Shown: positions 57,868 through 64,000 of the stretch, piece after piece | Position numbering within the stretch: the stretch's first letter is position 1 | How the letters are laid out: each line of letters begins with the position of its first letter | Origin: Candidatus Hadarchaeota archaeon | Lineage (GTDB): Archaea > Hadarchaeota > Hadarchaeia > Hadarchaeales > JAGGTB01 | Length of the DNA stretch: 64,000 bases | NCBI GenBank assembly: GCA_964384105.1 | Contig: CAYLJV010000001.1 | Location: forward strand, 544,001 to 608,000 | Reading direction: 5' to 3' | Notes under the pieces: model-generated | The model's input: the letters and a program-made list of their open reading frames with translations, nothing else | Told to the model about the DNA's origin: nothing | Databases searched by the model: none | Translations under genes and position numbers: made by a program

Positions 57868-60168
57868 TCAGTAATAAGCACTGGTGCTCTCTTTAACTTC
57901 TTGACCTATTCGTTTTCCCTGTTTCTTTTCGAATTCTTTGTAAGTGTCGACTATTTCTTCAGTGATCGAACCGTGTATCGATTTCAGGGCTTCTTCAAAG
58001 TTCTCCTTAGTGACCTTGTTGGCCTTTACATCGCTTCTTAGGGCAAGCATTCCGGCTTCTTTGCATACCGCCGCTATGTCCGCACCACTGTACCCATCAG
58101 TTTTCTCTGCCAATTCCTCTAGATCTACGTCCGATGTCAGCGGCATTTTCTCGGTGTGGATTTCGAATATCTTTTTCCTAGCTTCCTTATCGGGTGCCGG
58201 GACCATCATGATTCGATCGAGTCTACCTGGTCTTAGTAAGGCTGAGTCAATCAGATCAGGTCTGTTTGTAGCACCGATTACCATTACGTTTTCTAATTCT
58301 TCCAGTCCGTCCATCTCAGTGAGAATTTGGCTGAGAACTCTTTCCCCTACTTGGGATCCACCTATGGACGTTCCTCGCTTTGGTACCATCGCGTCTATTT
58401 CGTCGAAGAATATTACAGTGGGTGCTGCCTGTCTTGCCTTCTTGAATGTTTCTCTGACCCCCTTCTCGGATTCACCGACCCACTTGGATAGTAACTCGGG
58501 TCCTTTTATTGAGATGAAGTTTGCATTACTCTCCGTGGCCACCGCACGAGCCAACATTGTCTTACCCGTTCCAGGAGGTCCGTAGAGCAATACACCATTA
58601 GGAGCTTTTATTCCAAGATTGTCGAACATTTCTGGATTGTTCAGTGGCCACTCTACCGATTCACGAAGTTTTTGTTTCACTTCTTCTAAACCACCAACAT
58701 CATCCCAGTGGGTGTCTGGAACTTGGACTAGAACCTCCCTCATCGCCGAGGGTTCTACTTGTTGGAGGGATTTTCTGAAGTTCTCTCCAGTGACCTCTAG
58801 TTTCTCCAGTGTTTCTGAGGGGATTCTCTTTTCCTCGAGGTCAATTTCGGGTAGTATATCTCTTAGCGCATCCATTGCTGCCTCTCTGGCCAGAGCGGCT
58901 AGATCGGCTCCGACGTATCCATGTGTGCTGTCAGTGATTTTGTCAAGATTAACGTCATCGCTCATTGGCATCCCCCGTGTGTGGATTTGGAGTATCTCTT
59001 TACGACCTTCTCTGCTGGGGACTCCCACTTCTATTTCACGATCGAATCTGCCGGGTCGCCGTAGTGCGGGGTCGACAGCGTTTACCCTGTTAGTTGCGGC
59101 TATCACCACTATCTTGCCTCTGGCTTCAAGGCCGTCCATCAGGGAGAGTAGCTGTGAAACGACACGTTTTTCCACATCTCCGGTGGTCTCTTCTCGTTTT
59201 GTTGCTATCGCGTCGATTTCGTCTATGAATATTATGGATGGTGCATTCTTTTTGGCTTCCTCAAAGATCTCTCTTATCTTCTTCTCGGATTCGCCGTAGA
59301 ATTTTGACATTATCTCGGGGCCAGCTACGGATTGGAAGTATGCATCCGATTCATTTGCCACAGCTTTTGCTATCAGGGTTTTTCCGGTTCCGGGTGGTCC
59401 ATGGAGTAGAACTCCTTTTGGAGGTTCTATTCCCAGCCTGTCGAAGAGTTCAGGGTGTTTGAGAGGCAGTTCGACCATCTCTCGAACTCGCTGAATTTCT
59501 TTCTCTAGACCACCTATATCCTCATAAGTGACTGTGGGTGCTGCGGCTTCCTCGATTTCGACTGGTTTAGATGAAAGGTTTACCTTTGTTTGTCTTGTGA
59601 CTAGTACGATATCGTCGGGTTTTGCGTTTGTTACTACGAATCGAATTTCGCCAAGTCCGAAGGAGGATGACGAAGGTGAGGCTTCTTTGAACATGTCACC
59701 AAAGAATTGAGATATTATCGAGTCGGCTCCCCATTGAACTTTCTGTTGGAATCCTGTAGGTGTTATTAAGTCGCCTTTTGAGGCCGGTCGGCCTAAGAGA
59801 CTCCTTTTGAGGGCTCTTCCCCCGCCTTGGATTCTAATATTTTTATCGGTGGGAGCTATTGTTATTCTTTCGGCCTCTTTTACATCTGCTTTTTTGACTG
59901 TTACTTTTTCACCGATAGAAGTGCCAGCGTTTTTTCTTTCCAAACCGTCAAGCCTTATGATGTCTAGGCCTTCGTCTTCTCTGTAACTCGATCTGATAAT
60001 TGCTCCGGTTTTATTTGTTCCTTCTATCTCTACTATGTCGCCTTGCTTGATCCCTAATCTTTCCATTCCACTCCGGCTTATCCTTGCCACACTTCTTCCC
60101 ACGTCTTGCTGTCTGCGTGCTTCTGCTACGGTAAGTCGTATTCCGTCTTTTTTATTATCTTCCGACAT
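57868..60168 (-). CDS. cdc48: CDC48/VCP AAA+ ATPase
   Basis: N domain plus two AAA modules (GPPGTGKT x2, [15 protein letters not shown]), C-terminal AYY; ATG 60168 after SD GGTGA. Confidence 0.97.
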   Translation of the reverse strand: MSEDNKKDGIRLTVAEARRQQDVGRSVARISRSGMERLGIKQGDIVEIEGTNKTGAIIRSSYREDEGLDIIRLDGLERKNAGTSIGEKVTVKKADVKEAERITIAPTDKNIRIQGGGRALKRSLLGRPASKGDLITPTGFQQKVQWGADSIISQFFGDMFKEASPSSSSFGLGEIRFVVTNAKPDDIVLVTRQTKVNLSSKPVEIEEAAAPTVTYEDIGGLEKEIQRVREMVELPLKHPELFDRLGIEPPKGVLLHGPPGTGKTLIAKAVANESDAYFQSVAGPEIMSKFYGESEKKIREIFEEAKKNAPSIIFIDEIDAIATKREETTGDVEKRVVSQLLSLMDGLEARGKIVVIAATNRVNAVDPALRRPGRFDREIEVGVPSREGRKEILQIHTRGMPMSDDVNLDKITDSTHGYVGADLAALAREAAMDALRDILPEIDLEEKRIPSETLEKLEVTGENFRKSLQQVEPSAMREVLVQVPDTHWDDVGGLEEVKQKLRESVEWPLNNPEMFDNLGIKAPNGVLLYGPPGTGKTMLARAVATESNANFISIKGPELLSKWVGESEKGVRETFKKARQAAPTVIFFDEIDAMVPKRGTSIGGSQVGERVLSQILTEMDGLEELENVMVIGATNRPDLIDSALLRPGRLDRIMMVPAPDKEARKKIFEIHTEKMPLTSDVDLEELAEKTDGYSGADIAAVCKEAGMLALRSDVKANKVTKENFEEALKSIHGSITEEIVDTYKEFEKKQGKRIGQEVKESTSAYY

Positions 60169-60184
60169 CTTTTTCACCTTTTAG

Positions 60185-60236
60185 TTGTTATAATTATAAC
60201 AAACCTTATTTAAAGTTTTTGTTGTATATATAACAA
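60185..60236. promoter_or_regulatory. Two 18-bp palindromes flanking the cdc48 TATA box
   Basis: TTGTTATAATTATAACAA (60185-60202, perfect) and TTGTTGTATATATAACAA (60219-60236) around minus-strand TTTAAATA. Confidence 0.75.
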
Positions 60237-60242
60237 ATTTTT

Positions 60243-60515
60243 TTATTTTTCTTCTTTCACCACAAACTTCTTCCATTTTAAGTGTGAGTCGTATTTCCTA
60301 AAGACTTTTATTACTTTTTTTGCGTGTTGTTCGTCCACTAGGAGAGCACTTCTACTAACGAAATCCCATACATCATTAGGAAGTTCGTCTAAGACCCCCT
60401 CGCTGTGTCTTTTTCCCGACTTTGTCTTGTAATTATAGCCTCTGAGTTCTCTGTAAAATAGAGTCGCTGGAGACCCCCTGGATTTGACATCCCAGAGGAG
60501 AAGTATTTTTTTCAT
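60243..60515 (-). CDS. 90-aa protein upstream of cdc48, possibly Cas2/VapD-like ferredoxin fold
   Basis: MKKILLLWDV... and FVSRSALLV resemble Cas2 beta1-D and QxS motifs; ATG 60515 preferred. Confidence 0.65.
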   Translation of the reverse strand: MKKILLLWDVKSRGSPATLFYRELRGYNYKTKSGKRHSEGVLDELPNDVWDFVSRSALLVDEQHAKKVIKVFRKYDSHLKWKKFVVKEEK

Positions 60516-60527
60516 TTTCGATCCCAG

Positions 60528-60545
60528 TTGTTGTATATATAACAA
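60528..60545. promoter_or_regulatory. Third copy of the 18-bp palindrome
   Basis: TTGTTGTATATATAACAA, identical to 60219-60236, between the TATA-like tract and the ATG. Confidence 0.75.
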
Positions 60546-60651
60546 GCAATTATTAAAAATTTGACTTTTATTAACGACATGTTTTCACCTTAAGAAGTCC
60601 CTTACCAATAATATTTTGATGGAGGGGTTGACCTCTATTTAGGACGGTAGA

Positions 60652-61278
60652 GTGTTTACAGATTTTAATATGATAAAAATATGTAAAGTCGCTGTTATAA
60701 CATTCTTGATTCTATCAGTGTCCATGACTCTTTTGTGGATTCACAGTTCTAACTTCGAGAACCCTCCTAATTATGAAGCCACGGCGGAGGTCCTTTGGAT
60801 TTCGGACGGGGATACGGTTGGAGTTAGGATCTTAGAGATGGAAGAGTCATTTGCAACGGTAGATCCGGGGGAAGACATCGTCAGATTTGCTGGAATGGAT
60901 ACAGAGGAAATCCACAGAGAAGATGCGGTTTCTGAACATCCAGATGTTAAAGGACTTACCCAAGAAGAGTACGAAGAGACCGAATATTATGCTCGTGCTC
61001 TGAGATCCAAAAGAATAGTAGAGTCTCTTGTTCCGAAAGGTACGAGAGTGTATCTGGATATCGATGAAGGGTTAAAAGGAGGAAACTGCAGGGGCTATTT
61101 TGGAAGGTTGATCGCAGTTGTCTATACAAAGTATGAGAATAGATGGATAAATGTCAACGCTAGAGTATTGGCTCAGGAATATTCCATCTCAAACGATAAG
61201 GACTATGGATTAATGACAGATTATCCTTCAGAATTCGACCCAAACGACTGGCTTTCAGAGGACTACCCCTATGTTTGA
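60652..61278 (+). CDS. Membrane-anchored/exported thermonuclease (SNase) family protein
   Basis: N-terminal TM, ISDGDT, VRFAGMDTEE, GYFGRLIAVVY, VNARVL. Confidence 0.85.
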   Translation: MFTDFNMIKICKVAVITFLILSVSMTLLWIHSSNFENPPNYEATAEVLWISDGDTVGVRILEMEESFATVDPGEDIVRFAGMDTEEIHREDAVSEHPDVKGLTQEEYEETEYYARALRSKRIVESLVPKGTRVYLDIDEGLKGGNCRGYFGRLIAVVYTKYENRWINVNARVLAQEYSISNDKDYGLMTDYPSEFDPNDWLSEDYPYV

Positions 61279-61371
61279 CATCGGTTAGCTGGAACTTTAG
61301 TATGTATTTAGTTTTTCTGTTGGGGTACTTTTTGACTTGGTTTTATTGGATTTTTTTAACTGCTGGACTTT

Positions 61372-61830
61372 GTGAACTGGGGTGTTAACTTTTGTTTCAT
61401 TTTTTTCTCTTTTTAAAAATAGTTTTCCACCGAGTGAACAGGGGTGTTAACATTAGGAGCAAATTCGATGGTCTCGGTGAGTTTATAAGTCGGCGGGGAC
61501 GAATGAGGATTTTATATATACTCTTAGAGGAGCTGGAAACCCAGTCTGGGGTTGCTAGGAGATTAAAAATTACAAAAAATGCGGTTAACGGGTGGATAAA
61601 AGAGAAAAACAGGCATCCTAGCAATGAAAATATTTCAAAAATGTTAAAAATATTGAATGACAAAAATGAGAAGAAATTTAAGGAAATATTATTCAAAGAA
61701 TTGCAAACTTTCCAAAAATTAATATTCGAATTTTGAGGTTAAATCAAAAGTTAACCGGGGTGTTAACATTAATCCATTTCGTGTATCCTGCTTACTAAAT
61801 ATCAACTCGATAGTTAACTGGGGTGTTCAC
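61372..61830 (+). repeat. Four direct copies of an 18-bp quasi-palindromic repeat GTKAAC-nGGGGT-GTTMAC
   Basis: 61372 GTGAACTGGGGTGTTAAC; 61434 GTGAACAGGGGTGTTAAC; 61750 GTTAACCGGGGTGTTAAC; 61813 GTTAACTGGGGTGTTCAC. Confidence 0.9.
61434..61736 (+). CDS. Cro/XRE-like HTH protein
   Basis: TQSGVARRLKITKNAVNGWIKEKNRHPSNENI; start uncertain (the GTG at 61434 lies inside repeat 2). Confidence 0.8.
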   Translation: MNRGVNIRSKFDGLGEFISRRGRMRILYILLEELETQSGVARRLKITKNAVNGWIKEKNRHPSNENISKMLKILNDKNEKKFKEILFKELQTFQKLIFEF

Positions 61831-61865
61831 ACCTCCATGAACGCCAGCTAATGTAGGAGTAGCAA

Positions 61866-62702
61866 TTAAATGAGGGCTCCTGTGAGAAACGCGATAAGTC
61901 CGAGTCCCATCGCAATCTTGTACAGTAGGGACGCTTTACTCGCAGACTCTTTCCTCTGATTTTTCCCTATTTTGATTATTCCCCATACGAATACTACCAC
62001 CGATGCTATTACTATCAAAAGATAATATTTTTCGAATAATCCCAGTTGATAAGGCAGGGGTGTCATAAGAATTGCTAGAACTGTGAATATTATAGCGAGA
62101 ATGGCAGCCTTTCTCTTTCCAAATTGTAGAGGAAATGATTCGGATCCTGATTTTTTATCCCCCCGAACATCTTCAATGTCTTTGATTAGCTCTCTCCCAG
62201 CTGTTGAAAAGGCAGCCATTGCGGCGAGAATTCCCACGGTTTCTAAACTGCCAGCTGCTAGCCCCCCAAATAGAAAAGTTGATCCAACAAGGTAGCTTAC
62301 AGCAATGTTTCCAAAAAGCCCTTTTCGCTTTAAACTAGTTGCGTAGTAGGCTAGGAGCCCAGAATTGACAACGGCTAATAGTAGGCACGAAACTTTCCTT
62401 ATAAATATCGAGGAGATTATTCCAAAAACAAAGAGCAGTATGCTTACAATGAGTGCTCCTGATGGACTTATCTTACCTGATGGAATTGGCCTATCTGGGT
62501 TGTTTATGGCATCTAGTTTTCTATCGGCGTAATCGTTTATCGCATTGCCCGCACCGGTTATCAGACCCGCTGCGATAAGAGCAAAGGTTATTCTCGGTGG
62601 AGGTATTCCACCGGCCGAGATTATCGCACCGATCAATACAGCAATAGCTGCAAATACACAGTTATGTGGCCTAATTAGGTTGAAAACAGCCTTTAATTTC
62701 AT
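61866..62702 (-). CDS. UbiA-family digeranylgeranylglyceryl phosphate synthase
   Basis: LIRPHN, GNAINDYADRKLDAINNPDRPIPSG, RELIKDIEDVRGD. Confidence 0.92.
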   Translation of the reverse strand: MKLKAVFNLIRPHNCVFAAIAVLIGAIISAGGIPPPRITFALIAAGLITGAGNAINDYADRKLDAINNPDRPIPSGKISPSGALIVSILLFVFGIISSIFIRKVSCLLLAVVNSGLLAYYATSLKRKGLFGNIAVSYLVGSTFLFGGLAAGSLETVGILAAMAAFSTAGRELIKDIEDVRGDKKSGSESFPLQFGKRKAAILAIIFTVLAILMTPLPYQLGLFEKYYLLIVIASVVVFVWGIIKIGKNQRKESASKASLLYKIAMGLGLIAFLTGALI

Positions 62703-62923
62703 TTGATCACGAGTGTTAGCTACCCGTAGAGGGTTATTACATGGCTTTAAATTTTCTTTTCGGTTTTTCTATCTTGCCTTTTAATAAAAATTCAGTTAAA
62801 TCTGCTTTCTTGTGATAAAATTCGGTTCACTTGGTCATTCTGGCGGTCTTTTAGTCCTCACAGTCATATTGGTAATTTAGAAAGAGTGGATGATGGATTG
62901 GGGGATTATTATGCTTCTTCTTC

Positions 62924-62946
62924 TTTACTTTCACCTACCCCTCCCC
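62924..62946 (+). promoter_or_regulatory. Second copy of the radA upstream motif
   Basis: TTTACTTTCACCTACCCC-TCCCC followed by CTTAAAAA at 62953. Confidence 0.65.
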
Positions 62947-62995
62947 GCTTTCCTTAAAAAGTCCTTTAAGTCCTTTAGAATGGAGGATGAAATGA

Positions 62996-64000
62996 ATGAT
63001 TTCCGCTACAAGGGGCCCTACTCTTTTGAGCGAACAGAATCCCTTGGAACATAAACTTGGTGAAATAGCGGAGAAGATAAGAGATCAGGGTAGAAAACGC
63101 CGTTTAATAGCTAAAGTACTCCGAAACGTAAAAAATGATCTTCGTTTACCCCTAGATGAGAGGGGACTGGGGATAGTAGAATCAGACCTAGTTTACAGGG
63201 TTGAAGATTGTGTTTTGGATGATATTGTAGTGGCGGGTATAGACGGCGGGGTTTTAAATAAACCTTTACATGGGCTTGACCTTATATTGGTTAGAGCATT
63301 GGCAGCCATTTTCTCCTACGAGGATGGAAAACTCTCTGATGTAGACTACCACCCGAGTGAGATGCCCACTCCAGATTTAGTAAATGTTCATGAACCCCTA
63401 GATTCGAGGGAAATCGATATTTTAGTTGGTTTAAAGAGGCAGATTTCCGAGATTGATAGAGCTCGGGAAACCGCCCAAAAGAAGGATGTCGATGTTATCA
63501 TGCTAGATGGTTCCGTTGTTCCTCAGTACACTAATAATGTTAGAGGCGAAATGACTCGGGAGCTCTACAAAAAGCTGATCTATTCTTACAGGGATTTATA
63601 TCAACTATGCGAAAAAAAGGAGATTCTACTTCTTGGAGCGGTAAAAGATAGCAGAAGTGCCAGGTTAGCAAAGCTATTTCAAAAAAAGATTTTCCCGAAG
63701 CTTGTAGAGGAAATGGATCTTTCCGTTGATGAATTGGATTCTATAGATAGGAACAGTGATATACTTCTTATCTCGAGGGATACGGATTTCTTGGACTATT
63801 TATTGGATGCCAAAGAGAGAAGCTTCACGTTCAAATATTCAGAATCTTCTGCCCCTCTTCTGAATGATCTTGGTGAATGGAAGGAGAGTATATACGCTTT
63901 CTACGTTAAACCTGTGCCGTACGACTGCCCGGTTAGAGTGGAATTCGTTAGTGATCAAAAAAGCGTTTTAGAAAGTGCAGAAAAATCCGCTGCACTTGTC
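62996..64000 (+). CDS. nurA: NurA-family 5'-3' nuclease, truncated by window end (not in ORF track)
   Basis: Own translation of open frame: VVAGIDGG, VIMLDGSVVP, LGAVKDSRS, FYVKP...PVRVE; exact start uncertain. Confidence 0.85.
   Translation, partial: MISATRGPTLLSEQNPLEHKLGEIAEKIRDQGRKRRLIAKVLRNVKNDLRLPLDERGLGIVESDLVYRVEDCVLDDIVVAGIDGGVLNKPLHGLDLILVRALAAIFSYEDGKLSDVDYHPSEMPTPDLVNVHEPLDSREIDILVGLKRQISEIDRARETAQKKDVDVIMLDGSVVPQYTNNVRGEMTRELYKKLIYSYRDLYQLCEKKEILLLGAVKDSRSARLAKLFQKKIFPKLVEEMDLSVDELDSIDRNSDILLISRDTDFLDYLLDAKERSFTFKYSESSAPLLNDLGEWKESIYAFYVKPVPYDCPVRVEFVSDQKSVLESAEKSAALV

Noticed and set aside
57944-59299. 213-aa and 226-aa plus-strand ORFs
   Set aside because: Ser-rich antisense shadows of cdc48.
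61372-61830. Mini-CRISPR interpretation of the 18-bp repeats (GTT...AAC ends, 44-45 bp spacers)
   Set aside because: The repeats are shorter than CRISPR repeats, a gene interrupts the series, spacer 1 looks like a promoter, and no cas1 or effector genes are present.
61366-61836. Tn7/Mu-like TGT...ACA transposon ends
   Set aside because: No target-site duplication (GACTT vs CCTCC) and no transposase; kept only as a weak alternative.

Overview
64 kb of an archaeal chromosome. Markers include RadA, Rpo4, L21e, archaeal ThrRS, Cdc48, DGGGP synthase and an intron-containing tRNA. Acidic proteins, TrkH, MscS, a cation-chloride cotransporter, OtsB and haloarchaeal-type PolX/NAD-ligase suggest a brine-dwelling lineage, possibly MSBL1/Hadarchaea-related (inference only). 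1-37 kb is mostly housekeeping: repair, SRP54/rpoF, a complete modified mevalonate cluster (ubiX-ubiD-acnX), thrS, hypF, thiDN, mtaB, SAMP/E1, gch3 and PINA. tRNA-Arg(CCT, 14-nt intron) and tRNA-Glu(CTC) open a ~20 kb patchwork accessory region of stress, redox and metal genes, followed by cdc48, a thermonuclease, an HTH gene, ubiA and a partial nurA. Most notable observations: (1) an HTH gene caged by four helically phased 18-bp repeats; (2) an identical 18-bp motif just upstream of the TATA boxes of radA and nurA; (3) three 18-bp palindromes shared by cdc48 and a Cas2/VapD-like small gene; (4) a class I terpene-synthase-like gene facing a REC-PAS regulator; (5) an ATP-cone/Hsp20 fusion; (6) a highly divergent RtcB-fold protein; (7) several micro-ORFs missing from the ORF track. 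No CRISPR array, transposase or integrase was seen. All calls come from motif recognition by eye.
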